From Minisyncoccota bacterium (GTDB lineage Bacteria; Patescibacteriota; Minisyncoccia; Phycocordibacterales; GWA1-40-21): a stretch of 64,000 nucleotides of DNA. The translations under genes were made by a program, and so were the position numbers. Location of the stretch: positions 2,042-66,041 of the forward strand of contig JBAYUW010000003.1 of NCBI GenBank assembly GCA_041674925.1, given 5' to 3'. Shown here piece after piece: positions 43,821 through 53,924 of the stretch. The notes below the pieces were generated by a model, which was not told where the DNA came from, made no database searches, and worked only from the letters and a program-made list of their open reading frames with translations. The stretch's first letter is position 1. Every line of letters starts with the position of its first letter.

Positions 43821-44594
43821 ATGTATAAAAGAATCATTGTAAAAATAGGAACAAAGGTATTAACCACTGAGGCTGGGACGCTCGATGTTTCTTTCCTTGG
43901 TCACATTGTCGATCAATTAGTGAGGTTGCGCGAAAAAGGATTACAGGTGGTGCTTGTAACTTCTGGGGCTGGAGCGGCAGGACGGGAACTTATCTCACTT
44001 AATGAATCAAAATCAGAGACGGTCAGAAAACAAGTCTTCACTGCCGTTGGTCAGGTTAAGCTGATGAACGTGTATGCGCAGTTATTTGAAAAATATAAAT
44101 ATCATTGTGCTCAAGTCTTGGCGACTAAAGAAGATTTTCGTGATAAAGAACATTATGAAAATATGCAAAATTGCTTTGAGGCCCTGCTTCTCGACAAGGT
44201 CATTCCGATTGTCAATGAAAACGATGTTGTCGCTACGACGGAATTGATGTTTACGGATAATGATGAGTTAGCGGGTCTCGTCGCCAAACAACTTAAAGCT
44301 GATGCTTTGATAATTCTCACGAGCACTGACGGTATTTTGAATGATCAAGGAGAGACTGTTTCTGAGGTAAATGTATCTAATCTCGATTTGGTCGCTGATT
44401 GGATTAATCCAAGTAAGTCAAATAGTGGGCGAGGGGGGATGATTTCAAAGTTTGCCGTTGCCAAGGAATTGTCTGAAAAAGGAATAATTGTTCATATTGT
44501 AAAAGGTAAGAGTGAAAATATAATAGAGCGAATAGTCGCCAGTGAAAAGACGGGGACGGTTTTTCTGTTACACGGTCGACAAATCAGCGCTTAA
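43821..44594 (+). CDS. amino-acid kinase family protein, glutamate 5-kinase (ProB)-like without a PUA domain
   Basis: KRIIVKIGTKVLT and VVLVTSGAGAAG are typical of the aspartate/glutamate/uridylate kinase fold. 257 aa. Confidence 0.55.
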   Translation: MYKRIIVKIGTKVLTTEAGTLDVSFLGHIVDQLVRLREKGLQVVLVTSGAGAAGRELISLNESKSETVRKQVFTAVGQVKLMNVYAQLFEKYKYHCAQVLATKEDFRDKEHYENMQNCFEALLLDKVIPIVNENDVVATTELMFTDNDELAGLVAKQLKADALIILTSTDGILNDQGETVSEVNVSNLDLVADWINPSKSNSGRGGMISKFAVAKELSEKGIIVHIVKGKSENIIERIVASEKTGTVFLLHGRQISA

Positions 44595-44625
44595 CTTATT
44601 TCTAGAGAGATGATATGTTTATTAT

Positions 44626-45036
44626 ATGAAAATATTTATCATTTGCAGTAAAAATTTTTACGATCGAATTCCAGAAATCAAAGAGACGCTCGAAAAAATG
44701 GGTCATATTATAACTCTTCCTAATTGTTATAACGATCCAGGAACCGAGGCGCGGTATAGAGATATGAGTAAGGAGGAACATTCAAAATGGAAAGCTGAGA
44801 AACTACTCCATAGCACTGATGTTATTAATAACAACGATTCAGTCTTGGTTCTTAATTTTGAAAAAAATGATATTCAGAATTACATTGGCGGTGCGACCTT
44901 CTTAGAAATGTATGATGCCTTTCGTCTTGGTAAAAAGATTTTTATGTTTAATGATATTCCAGAGGGGATATTGAAAGATGAAATTAATGGTTTCGGTCCG
45001 ATAATTATTAATGGTGATTTAAGTAAAGTAAATTAA
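44626..45036 (+). CDS. nucleoside 2-deoxyribosyltransferase-like (Rcl/DNPH1/NDT fold) protein
   Basis: MKIFIICS start, and a C-terminal GGATFLEMYDAFRLGKKIF resembling the NDT/Rcl GT.fE.G.A...gKp block. Tentative. Confidence 0.4.
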   Translation: MKIFIICSKNFYDRIPEIKETLEKMGHIITLPNCYNDPGTEARYRDMSKEEHSKWKAEKLLHSTDVINNNDSVLVLNFEKNDIQNYIGGATFLEMYDAFRLGKKIFMFNDIPEGILKDEINGFGPIIINGDLSKVN

Positions 45037-45052
45037 ATTAAACGAACCAATT

Positions 45053-45559
45053 ATGCGCACTATCAAAGTAAACGACAAAATGCAGACGGGGTATTTATAC
45101 GAGTGTACCGAGCCGGTGGGGAAGAATTTTGATGCGCAATTTAAGCCGGATTTGAAGCCGAAAGAAATGTTGGCATTAGGAGTGTTTGGCGGGCGATATA
45201 TTAGAGACTGCCAAAAAGAATTTCCCAAAGATTGGTTCACCAAAGCCAAACTTTTTCCTCTCGGTTTACCTGGGCACGATAAAAATTTAAATTTTTTTGG
45301 TGTCGATGCCTCACAGCCTTTATCAGTTTGGAGAAAGAAGGGCTGGATTCACAAAGACGATCCGCGCGGTTGGTTTCAGTGGTATTGTCGCTATTATCTT
45401 GGCCGTCGACGACCAGAAGAAGATGCAATTCAAATCAAACGTTGGCGGGCGATGACTCGTCATTTGGCCCAGGTTCAGAAAAATTGCCGCGCTGGCGATC
45501 GTTTTTGCCGCCCCAAACAGCGTCAGGCTTTATTGCACTGGGCGTATGATACTCGTTGA
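45053..45559 (+). CDS. hypothetical Trp/Arg-rich protein (moderately G+C-enriched)
   Basis: 168 aa carrying KGWIHKDDPRGWFQWYCRYYLGRR. No family I recognise. Confidence 0.4.
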   Translation: MRTIKVNDKMQTGYLYECTEPVGKNFDAQFKPDLKPKEMLALGVFGGRYIRDCQKEFPKDWFTKAKLFPLGLPGHDKNLNFFGVDASQPLSVWRKKGWIHKDDPRGWFQWYCRYYLGRRRPEEDAIQIKRWRAMTRHLAQVQKNCRAGDRFCRPKQRQALLHWAYDTR

Positions 45560-45613
45560 TAGTGAGTTTTTAGCTTTATTGCTTTAAAAAGCGACTTGCG
45601 GTAAAATGAACTT

Positions 45614-46015
45614 ATGATAAATGAATCATTTACTTCGGGGACTAAAATTGTGATCGTCGAGGATGATAAATTCCTCGGTGGTTTGGTATCGAAAAAATTG
45701 ATTGATGAGGGCTGTGCGGTGCGTCATATTGAAAATGGTGAATTGGCTGGCTCAGCGATCGAGTCGGAAATCCCGGATCTAATATTTTTGGATTTGCTTT
45801 TGCCAGGTATGAGTGGTTTTGATGTTTTGGCTGGTTTAAAGAAAAATGATAAGACTAAAGACATTCCAGTTGTTATTTTATCCAACTTGGGTGAGCGAGA
45901 CGATATTAGACGAGGTTTGGATTTGGGCGCCACTAGTTTTTTGATCAAAGCTTCGATGACCGTGGACAGTATTATTGCTGAAGCCGCGAGAATCTTGCGG
46001 GCCCGAAAGAAATAA
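45614..46015 (+). CDS. REC-only response regulator (CheY-like)
   Basis: KIVIVEDD, LDLLLPGMSGFD (phospho-acceptor Asp), and a conserved S/T and K. No output domain. Confidence 0.8.
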   Translation: MINESFTSGTKIVIVEDDKFLGGLVSKKLIDEGCAVRHIENGELAGSAIESEIPDLIFLDLLLPGMSGFDVLAGLKKNDKTKDIPVVILSNLGERDDIRRGLDLGATSFLIKASMTVDSIIAEAARILRARKK

Positions 46016-46025
46016 ATCTTTCTAT

Positions 46026-48341
46026 TTAAACAGTGAAGTTTCTATTGATTATGCCGTTGTCGGCTAGAATCACTGGGGAAGTATAGACGAGTGAATAGCT
46101 CTCATCGTCATTTTTCTTTTCGACTTTGACAAAATATTTTCCTTTATTGACCAAGCAGTAATAACGTCCGATTTTATCGGCAACTTTATTGGTAATCTCC
46201 ACATTTAAATCAGCGGAAAAGATTCGCACGATAGCAAAAGAAAGAGGATTGCCGTTTTTGTCGAGCAGGGCACCAGTCGCTTTTTGTTTTAAACCAAATT
46301 TTCTCAGAACAGCGAGAAGAAGATACAAGCAGAAGATGACAATGTTGTATGGAGCGCTGACTAGGAATAGAGAAATAAGCGAGACGAGAAAACCAATTCG
46401 GAAAATCCAGTCGGTGAGGATTCTGACGATTTTTTCTCGTTTGGAATAGAACTTCATTAATTTTTTCTGACCTTTGACGAATTCATTCCAGTCAAATTTA
46501 ACTGGGTCAAGAGGAATATTTTTACTGATCACTGCGCCGGTAACTGGCACATTTATTTCGCCACCCAAATATAGGTTATTATACAAAGCGTCTTCAGTTT
46601 TACCCGCCATTTTTTTAGAAGGGAAAATATAATTTGTTTTATTTGCAGTCAGAAGATATTGACCTGGGCTGACCAAGAAGCCATAGCGACCATCAAGGTC
46701 GGTGATCGAAGTCATATCATCTTTGCTATTAATTTTTGTGAGAGTGACATAGGCTGGATCGATAGGCTGTTTGGTCACACTATCATACACGGTACCCCAA
46801 GGGCGATTTCTTTTCTTTAAACCTAAGACGCTCAAAAGTAATCCCCAGACTTTAAATGGTAAAAAGGCGAGATCGGCGATGGCCATACCATTGATCGCTA
46901 GGACTGAAGTGGCGGCCAAACCCCCACCAATCACTCCGGCGGTCGTGATAGTTTTTGTTACGGCAGAACCTGTCGGATTATCAATAATTTTTTTGGCGCC
47001 TAAGATAATTTCTTGGGTGGTGGTGCCGAGGACTTCCAAATTCTCGATCGGAAGTAAAGTCTCTGTCTTTTCAGTAGATTTTCCAGGATGATTATTTTCG
47101 ACAGGGTCCGGTGTCTCAATTGGAACTATTTCACCCTCGTCGTTTATTTGGCAGGCTCGACTTATGTCTGGTCCTACGCCACCTTCGCAGTTTGCTGGTA
47201 GTCTAATCAAGACATTGCGAGTCTGGTTGCCGTTTACACAATCTGACCAAGAAGAATATGTATATTCAGAACAAAATGGAATAACTACTGGTGGCGGCGG
47301 AATGATTCTTCTGACAGTAATTGAAATTGTATCAGTCTTGGTTTGATCGGATTGTAGTCTGGCTTGAATGGTGATGGTGAGAAATTGTAGAAGGGGAGCG
47401 TCGGCAAAAGATGGGGCGATATAAAGCCCGCTATCGTTTATTGTGCCGTAATAATTTCCATAAACTATTGGCATATTGGTAATGTTCCAAACGAGATTAG
47501 TAGAAGTTGTGCCTGTGACGGTCGCGGTTAGTTGTAATTGTTGATTGGCAAAAATAGTTGTTTGGGTTGGGGTGTTAATTGAAACATTTATTGATGGGGT
47601 CGTTGTTGAAGTTATGACAGTACAAGATTCAGTGGTTGTCGCTGTTACTCCACCGCTACAGTTTGATGGGTATTCTCGGGAAATACTTCTGGTTCTTTGG
47701 CCGTTTGTACATGGTCCCCAGTCACTATAATCAAAAGATCTACAATCAGGTGAACCGCCACCGCCCGGATCCTCTGGTGGTGGGGCTGGTGTTGGATTAG
47801 TCCAAGCTGTCTCTACTCCTTGATTATTTGGTGTATCAGAAAAAGAAATCCAGCCAATATTTTCTCCCCAAGCGTGGCCAGAAAAGACACCGGTGTCTCG
47901 GTTGATCGTTACTCCACCCCCATCTGGATTAAATTTTATCCAACCAATATTTTCTCCCCAGGCCTCACCGGAAAGATTTCCAATACTGTCATTTGATACG
48001 CCGTATTCAAAATCATCACATGAACCATCAATATTTTCACAAGTCATTGAAATCCAGCCAATATTTTCTCCCCAAGCATAGCCATATAGTTTTGTATCAG
48101 AAACATACACCCGGCCTTCGACATGGCTAGTATCTGTTCCGAAGTTTATCCAACCAACTGTATCACTCCAAGCGTAACCGGAAGTTGTGGTGGCGCTACT
48201 GTCGGCCTCGACAAGATCAATTACCGCGGCTGATTGTTTGCCGATATCGAGATTACTAATTTGGCTTAAATTTGTGCCAATAAATATAACCAAAGCAAAA
48301 ATTGCCAAACTTGCTAAATATTTTTTTAGAACAGCTCTCAT
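46026..48341 (-). CDS. large surface protein: signal peptide, four tandem G(Y/E/H)AWxxxIGWI repeats, duplicated Cys module, carboxypeptidase-regulatory-like domains, C-terminal TM segments
   Basis: Repeats GYAWSDTVGWINF, GYAWGENIGWISM, GEAWGENIGWIKF and GHAWGENIGWISF. Two ~40-aa modules (CRSFDYSDWGPCTNGQRTRS...C and CSEYTYSSWSDCVNGNQTRN...C). A Thr-rich linker. C-terminal hydrophobic helices. Confidence 0.55.
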   Translation of the reverse strand: MRAVLKKYLASLAIFALVIFIGTNLSQISNLDIGKQSAAVIDLVEADSSATTTSGYAWSDTVGWINFGTDTSHVEGRVYVSDTKLYGYAWGENIGWISMTCENIDGSCDDFEYGVSNDSIGNLSGEAWGENIGWIKFNPDGGGVTINRDTGVFSGHAWGENIGWISFSDTPNNQGVETAWTNPTPAPPPEDPGGGGSPDCRSFDYSDWGPCTNGQRTRSISREYPSNCSGGVTATTTESCTVITSTTTPSINVSINTPTQTTIFANQQLQLTATVTGTTSTNLVWNITNMPIVYGNYYGTINDSGLYIAPSFADAPLLQFLTITIQARLQSDQTKTDTISITVRRIIPPPPVVIPFCSEYTYSSWSDCVNGNQTRNVLIRLPANCEGGVGPDISRACQINDEGEIVPIETPDPVENNHPGKSTEKTETLLPIENLEVLGTTTQEIILGAKKIIDNPTGSAVTKTITTAGVIGGGLAATSVLAINGMAIADLAFLPFKVWGLLLSVLGLKKRNRPWGTVYDSVTKQPIDPAYVTLTKINSKDDMTSITDLDGRYGFLVSPGQYLLTANKTNYIFPSKKMAGKTEDALYNNLYLGGEINVPVTGAVISKNIPLDPVKFDWNEFVKGQKKLMKFYSKREKIVRILTDWIFRIGFLVSLISLFLVSAPYNIVIFCLYLLLAVLRKFGLKQKATGALLDKNGNPLSFAIVRIFSADLNVEITNKVADKIGRYYCLVNKGKYFVKVEKKNDDESYSLVYTSPVILADNGIINRNFTV

Positions 48342-48367
48342 TTATCTTATAATTATATCACTGTGAC

Positions 48368-49090
48368 CTAGTTTTGTAAAAGAATAAAATACTCTTTATT
48401 ACCAGAACCACCGAGAATTGGGGAATCAATGATTCCCATTATTTTAAGCCCTATTTTTTCACTAAAATCACCAATCTTTTTGAGCACTGATTCTCGACTT
48501 TCTTTTGTCTTCACAATTCCACTTTTATTTTTTTCCTCCTTCTTTGTTTCAAATTGCGGTTTGATTAAAGCAATAATTAATCCATTTTGTTTTACCAAGT
48601 TTTTGACCGATTCCAAGACCAATTCTAAAGAAATAAAAGACACATCAATCACTGCTAAATCAATCTCTTCTGGTAATTTCTCTACTTTTCTAATGTCTGT
48701 CTTTTCCATCAATATTATTTTAGGGTCTTTCTTTAAATCAGCATCAAATTGATCCGTTCCGACGTCCACAGCGTAAACTTTTTTGGCCCCCTGACGTAGC
48801 AGACATTCCGTAAAACCACCAGTTGAAGATCCGACGTCCAACGCAATCAATTTACTTGGATCAATTTTAAACTCTAAAAGAGCCTTTTCGAGTTTTAGAC
48901 CACCACGGCCGACATATTGCTTTTCTGTCCCGATAATCTCTATTTTTGAATCAAGGTCAACTTGCTCAGAATTTTTCTGAATAATTTTACCATCGACAGT
49001 TATTCTCTGAGCTTTAATCAATTCACTTCCAGCATGACGGCTTTTGGCTAGGCCTTTCTCAAAAAGCAAGATATCAATTCGTTTTTTCAT
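48368..49090 (-). CDS. tlyA: TlyA-family rRNA 2'-O-methyltransferase (hemolysin A-like)
   Basis: N-terminal S4 domain followed by an FtsJ-like methyltransferase domain (LDVGSSTGGFTECLLRQGAKKVYAVDVG). Confidence 0.8.
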   Translation of the reverse strand: MKKRIDILLFEKGLAKSRHAGSELIKAQRITVDGKIIQKNSEQVDLDSKIEIIGTEKQYVGRGGLKLEKALLEFKIDPSKLIALDVGSSTGGFTECLLRQGAKKVYAVDVGTDQFDADLKKDPKIILMEKTDIRKVEKLPEEIDLAVIDVSFISLELVLESVKNLVKQNGLIIALIKPQFETKKEEKNKSGIVKTKESRESVLKKIGDFSEKIGLKIMGIIDSPILGGSGNKEYFILLQN

Positions 49091-49141
49091 CCTTTGATTC
49101 TAGCAGAAATTAGTCTTTAGTGCTGTGGATAACTTTTACCT

Positions 49142-49169
49142 TTGCACTTTTCAACTCAACTGTTATAAT
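49142..49169 (+). promoter_or_regulatory. sigma70-type promoter TTGCAC-N16-TATAAT (TGn extended) upstream of the second pilus cluster
   Basis: Hexamers at 49142-49147 and 49164-49169, with TG at 49161-62. 41 nt upstream of the pilin ATG. Confidence 0.5.
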
Positions 49170-49209
49170 AGAAGGAGCTTAATAGCTTTTAATAATTTAA
49201 CAATAAAAT

Positions 49210-49707
49210 ATGTCTCTTATGAAAAGAACACAGTCTCGCGCAAAAGGTTTTACCCTTTTGGAAATCTTACTGGTTGTCGGTATCATCTCTATTTTGGCCG
49301 GTATCGTTATCTTGGCGATCAACCCCACCCGCCAGCTCGGTGACACCCGCAACGCCCAACGCCGTTCTGATGTTTTAACTATCTTAAACGCCATCTATCA
49401 GTATTCAATTGATAATCCAGGAGGTATAGATACAATTGTTAGTCTTACGGATCCTATTTACGCTAGTTCAGATTGTGGTGCTGCCAATGCAACTGACGCT
49501 TTATTACTAGAAGACGCCCTTGTTGGTGCTGGAGCAACCTATTTAACAGCAATTCCAACTGATCCAACAGCGACAGATCCTACGACTGAAGCCGAATACT
49601 ACCTTAGTCAGGATGCCACAACTCATCGTATAACTGTTTGTGCCCCAAATTCTGTCGGTGAAGGAAATATACCAAGTGGTGGTGATCAAATCGAGGTCAC
49701 TCGATAG
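49210..49707 (+). CDS. type IV pilin (second cluster)
   Basis: MSLMKRTQSRAKG|FTLLEILLVVGIISILAGIV. Confidence 0.75.
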   Translation: MSLMKRTQSRAKGFTLLEILLVVGIISILAGIVILAINPTRQLGDTRNAQRRSDVLTILNAIYQYSIDNPGGIDTIVSLTDPIYASSDCGAANATDALLLEDALVGAGATYLTAIPTDPTATDPTTEAEYYLSQDATTHRITVCAPNSVGEGNIPSGGDQIEVTR

Positions 49708-49745
49708 TTTTTCTCTCTCTCGTCATCTGTCTATTTAAACAATAC

Positions 49746-51440
49746 ATGGTTTTAACCCTTGAAAAATTAAAAGAAATACTGGTGACTGGCGGTTATGTCG
49801 GTGAATCTAGTTTTGATAAAGTGATGTCTTCGGCTACCCGAAAAGGGGAATCCTTGGAAATTGATCTAGTCAAAGCCGATATTATCAAAGACGAAAAATT
49901 GGGAGAAGCGTTGTCAAAATACTACAAAGTCCCTTTTGTTGATTTGAAAGAAGAAAATATTCAGAACGATCTATTGGAAATGTTACCAGAAGCCGTGGCC
50001 CGAGCGCAAAAAGCGGTAATCTTCGGTAAAACTTTGGAAGGTTATAATCTTGCTACTTCAAATCCAGAAAATTACGAATTCATCAAGCATGTCGATCAGG
50101 CTAGTGAAGGAAGAGTGACGGTCTATTATGCGACTCCTTTAGGCATGGAAGAAGCTTTCAAAGCCTATAAAAACAACATCTTCAAAAATGTTGTTGATTT
50201 GATCGAAGATTATAAACTTCATAATAATGAAAATAATATTGCCCTTTTGTTGAACCAGTTTCTGGAATATGCTTATGACAACAACGCTTCGGATGTGCAT
50301 ATTGAGCCTTTGTCTGACGATACAGTCTCTGTCCGTTTTCGAATTGACGGTATTTTAAATGAGGTGGTCAGATATCCGATTGAAATGCATGACAAAATCG
50401 TTTTTCGTGTCAAAATTATGTCACATTTGCGCACCGACGAGCGTGACGCTACTCAAGACGGTCGTTTTGAATATACGACCGAAAACATGTCCTTCGATGT
50501 TCGTGTATCTTTGTTGCCAGTCACAAACGGCGAAAATATTGTCTTCCGTATTTTATCGGAACGCACCAAGAAAATTGTCTTGGAAGATTTGGGTCTAAAT
50601 GAGAATGATATTGTGAGAGTAAAGAAGGCGATTGCTCAACCATACGGAATGATTCTGTCTGTTGGTCCGACTGGTGCTGGTAAAACCACGACTCTTTATT
50701 CTTTAGTTCAGATTCTGGCGAGTTTGCCAATAAATATTGTGACGATTGAGGATCCGGTGGAATACAGTATTGATCGAGTTCAGCAGATTCAGGTGAATCT
50801 CAAGAAAAACATCACTTTTGCCAATGGTCTGCGTTCGATTGTCCGTCAAGACCCCGACATTATCATGGTCGGAGAAATTCGCGACAATGAAACAGCCAGT
50901 ATTGCAGTGAATGCCGCGATGACTGGACACCTACTCCTTTCGACTTTGCATGCCAATGATGCTGCGACGATTTTTCCTCGTTTACTCGAAATGGGCATCG
51001 AGCCGTTCTTGGTCGCTTCTTCAGTCAATATCGTTTTGGCTCAAAGATTGGTTCGAAAAGTTTGTCCTCATTGTAAGATGAATCATCCTAAAACCGCGGC
51101 CGATGTGCCCGGTCTCGTGGCAATGGAAGAAGAACCAAGATTTCAAAATATTCTCAAGAAATTCTTTCCAGGTAAAAAATTAAAAGACATTAAATTATAT
51201 AAAGGGACTGGTTGTAAAGTTTGTAAACACACTGGATATTTGGGTCGAATCGCCGTCTTTGAAGTGATGGAGGTAGATGACGATATTCGAGCCTTGATCA
51301 GCGTCAAATCTTCTTCTTCAATCATTCAGAACAAAGCTGAAGAGAATGGAATGATTCCAATGTACTATAACGGTCTTGTCCACTTATTTAACGGCACAAC
51401 GACTTTCGATGAATTGGATAGCTTGTCTAATCTCGATTAA
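49746..51440 (+). CDS. pilB: type IV pilus assembly ATPase (PilB/GspE paralogue)
   Basis: Walker A VGPTGAGKTTTLYS, Walker B IIMVGEIRD, His box HLLLSTLHAN, and a C-terminal CxxC...CxxC zinc-binding tetracysteine. Confidence 0.9.
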   Translation: MVLTLEKLKEILVTGGYVGESSFDKVMSSATRKGESLEIDLVKADIIKDEKLGEALSKYYKVPFVDLKEENIQNDLLEMLPEAVARAQKAVIFGKTLEGYNLATSNPENYEFIKHVDQASEGRVTVYYATPLGMEEAFKAYKNNIFKNVVDLIEDYKLHNNENNIALLLNQFLEYAYDNNASDVHIEPLSDDTVSVRFRIDGILNEVVRYPIEMHDKIVFRVKIMSHLRTDERDATQDGRFEYTTENMSFDVRVSLLPVTNGENIVFRILSERTKKIVLEDLGLNENDIVRVKKAIAQPYGMILSVGPTGAGKTTTLYSLVQILASLPINIVTIEDPVEYSIDRVQQIQVNLKKNITFANGLRSIVRQDPDIIMVGEIRDNETASIAVNAAMTGHLLLSTLHANDAATIFPRLLEMGIEPFLVASSVNIVLAQRLVRKVCPHCKMNHPKTAADVPGLVAMEEEPRFQNILKKFFPGKKLKDIKLYKGTGCKVCKHTGYLGRIAVFEVMEVDDDIRALISVKSSSSIIQNKAEENGMIPMYYNGLVHLFNGTTTFDELDSLSNLD

Positions 51441-51442
51441 AA

Positions 51443-52519
51443 ATGAAATTAAAAATTAATTTTAATAAATTTTTTAATAAAGTTCCAATCGAAGAGCAGA
51501 TTAACTTTGCAAAAAATCTAGCCGTCTTGCTCCGTGGTGGCGTGACGCTTAATGAAGCGATAAATTCTCTCGCCGATCAGGCTCGCCCTGGCCCGATGAA
51601 GAAAATTTTGTATCGTCTGAAAGGCCGAATCGAAAACGGTGTGTCTTTGAATTCCGCTATCGCTGAAGAAGAAGGCTCTTTTGGTAAGATTTTTATCAGC
51701 TTGGTCAAAGCCGGTGAGTTGTCTGGATCATTAGCTGATAACTTGGAATTCTTGTCGGTCTGGCTCGAGCGTGATAGTCATCTACGTAAAGAAATAAATG
51801 GCGTGATGCTGTATCCAAAAATTGTGCTAACGGCCGTGATTTTACTTGGTGGTGGTTTGACGATTTTCATCTTACCCCGACTGATCCCCATGTTTACCAG
51901 TCTTCATGTCGAATTACCTTTGATTACTAAAGTTGTTTTGAGCATTTCCTTATTTATTCAGCAATATTGGTTGTTTGTTATTGCTGGAGCTTTTTTGATC
52001 TGGTTGTTTATCTTTCTCTTATTTAGGATTAGATATATGAAATATCTTTATCACAAGACTCTTGTCTTCTTGCCCTACATTAAAGAATTCGTGGTTGGTT
52101 ATCAGTTAGCTCTTTTTGCCCAGCTGATGGGGACTTTGTTAAAATCTGGTATCACTATTGATGAAGCTTTGGAAATTGCTTATGTCGGTACTTCTAATTT
52201 GTACTATAAAAAAGTCTTGAGAGAAATTATTGATCGCATTAAAAACGGTATTTCTTTAGTGGCGACTATGGAAAATTATAGTGAATTATATCCGACCAAT
52301 TCGATGAGCGTCCTTTTGGTGGGAGAGAATAGCGGAACCTTGGAAGATTCTTTCTTTAAAATTTCTGATTTTTGGACCAAAGAAATAATTGATCGCACAA
52401 AAATATTACCAACTATTATCGAGCCGGTTTTGCTGGTCGTCATTGCTTTGGCGGTCGGTCTGATCGCGATGTCTATTATCTTACCAATCTACAAACTGAC
52501 TGGAAACTTAGGAATTTAA
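51443..52519 (+). CDS. pilC: type IV pilus platform protein (PilC/GspF paralogue)
   Basis: Two GspF repeats, three TM segments. Confidence 0.8.
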   Translation: MKLKINFNKFFNKVPIEEQINFAKNLAVLLRGGVTLNEAINSLADQARPGPMKKILYRLKGRIENGVSLNSAIAEEEGSFGKIFISLVKAGELSGSLADNLEFLSVWLERDSHLRKEINGVMLYPKIVLTAVILLGGGLTIFILPRLIPMFTSLHVELPLITKVVLSISLFIQQYWLFVIAGAFLIWLFIFLLFRIRYMKYLYHKTLVFLPYIKEFVVGYQLALFAQLMGTLLKSGITIDEALEIAYVGTSNLYYKKVLREIIDRIKNGISLVATMENYSELYPTNSMSVLLVGENSGTLEDSFFKISDFWTKEIIDRTKILPTIIEPVLLVVIALAVGLIAMSIILPIYKLTGNLGI

Positions 52520-52524
52520 AATTT

Positions 52525-53922
52525 ATGTTTAAAAGAGGCTTTACACTGATCGAAATTCTCTTGGTGGTCGGTATTGCGGCCGGTATTTTTTTACTTTCGG
52601 CGCCGTATAGTTTGAAGTTTTATCAAACCCAGCTTGTCGAGGAAGCACGAAATAATTTAGCTGACACTATTCAGCGAGCTCGACATAATGCCATATTGCA
52701 AAAAGGCGACACCGATTTAGGAGTAAGCTTGGCTGATGCGAATGGGTACACACTATTTCGTGGTTCGGCGTATAATAATCCAAGTGATTCAGATGAAGTT
52801 TATACTTGGACAAACGGCATAACTATTGATACTTCAAATTTCGGCGATTCTGATGAAATTGTTTTTTCAAAATTGACAGGTCAACCAAGCGCCACGGGTA
52901 CGATAACCATAAATTTTGGAGACATCTCTCGCCATATTTTTTTAGCTGATAGTGGTAGTGTCGTAAAAACGGCGACATCGACTGCTGAAAATCAATCCGA
53001 TACAGTTCCTGGTGTGCCAACCAGCGTTTCTGCCGTTGCTGGTAATGCAAGCGCGACAATAACCTTTAGTGCCCCTGCTGATGATGGTGGTTCCGCCATT
53101 ACCAGCTATACTGTCACCTCATCTCCGGGTAATTTTTTTAGTACTGGAGCATCCTCGCCAATTGTTGTCTCTGGTCTGACTAATACCACCAGTTATACAT
53201 TTACTGTTACCGCCACAAATGCAATTGGTACAAGTGATTCTTCTAGCGCTTCAAATTCCATAACACCGACATCTATTCCTTCCAGCGGACTTATCGCTTA
53301 TTGGTCATTCAACGGTAATGCGAATGAATCTATTGCTAGTAAAAATGGAACAGTTGTAGGTGGTGCATCATTAACAACCGGTGTAAAAGGTTTGTCCAAT
53401 ACTGCTTATAGTTTTGGAACTGGCAAATATATAAATATAAGCCAGACTATTGGTACAATTAAAACAATATCAGTTTGGTTTTATAATAGCCAAATTTTAA
53501 CTGCAAGCTCTGGCGGAAAAGGTATAATCGAAACTAATTATTCTATTGGTGGTGGTGGTTATTCTGGTATAACCGCCGGAGACGTCACTGGTTATTTAAC
53601 CAATGAAATTATTTCGATTGCTATGCCGTCAAGCAATATAAAATACGGCTGGTGCGACGCTGCCGGTAGCGTTGCGGTTGGTTGGCATCACTTGGTTGTT
53701 AATTTTAACGTCGCTTCGCATGATATATATCTGGATAATGTACAGATAAATAATTGTAGTAATGACGCCGCCACTTCAAACTTTGGAACATTTATGACCA
53801 CCATTGGTTTTATGGATTCCGGTACTTATTATTGGGGTGGCTCACTTGATGAGGTTCGTGTTTATAACCGAGCCTTAACTACTGATGAAATTAGCAATAT
53901 ATATAATGAAGAAAAACCATAA
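52525..53922 (+). CDS. large pilin-like protein with fibronectin type III and LamG (concanavalin A-like lectin) domains, a putative tip adhesin
   Basis: Prepilin N-terminus MFKRG|FTLIEILLVVGIAAG. An FN3-like segment (PGVPTSVSAVAGNASATITFSAPADDGGSAITSYTV...TNTTSYTFTVTATNAIGTSD). LamG_3 signature ...GGSLDEVRVYNRALTTDEISNIY. Confidence 0.7.
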   Translation: MFKRGFTLIEILLVVGIAAGIFLLSAPYSLKFYQTQLVEEARNNLADTIQRARHNAILQKGDTDLGVSLADANGYTLFRGSAYNNPSDSDEVYTWTNGITIDTSNFGDSDEIVFSKLTGQPSATGTITINFGDISRHIFLADSGSVVKTATSTAENQSDTVPGVPTSVSAVAGNASATITFSAPADDGGSAITSYTVTSSPGNFFSTGASSPIVVSGLTNTTSYTFTVTATNAIGTSDSSSASNSITPTSIPSSGLIAYWSFNGNANESIASKNGTVVGGASLTTGVKGLSNTAYSFGTGKYINISQTIGTIKTISVWFYNSQILTASSGGKGIIETNYSIGGGGYSGITAGDVTGYLTNEIISIAMPSSNIKYGWCDAAGSVAVGWHHLVVNFNVASHDIYLDNVQINNCSNDAATSNFGTFMTTIGFMDSGTYYWGGSLDEVRVYNRALTTDEISNIYNEEKP

Positions 53923-53924
53923 TT

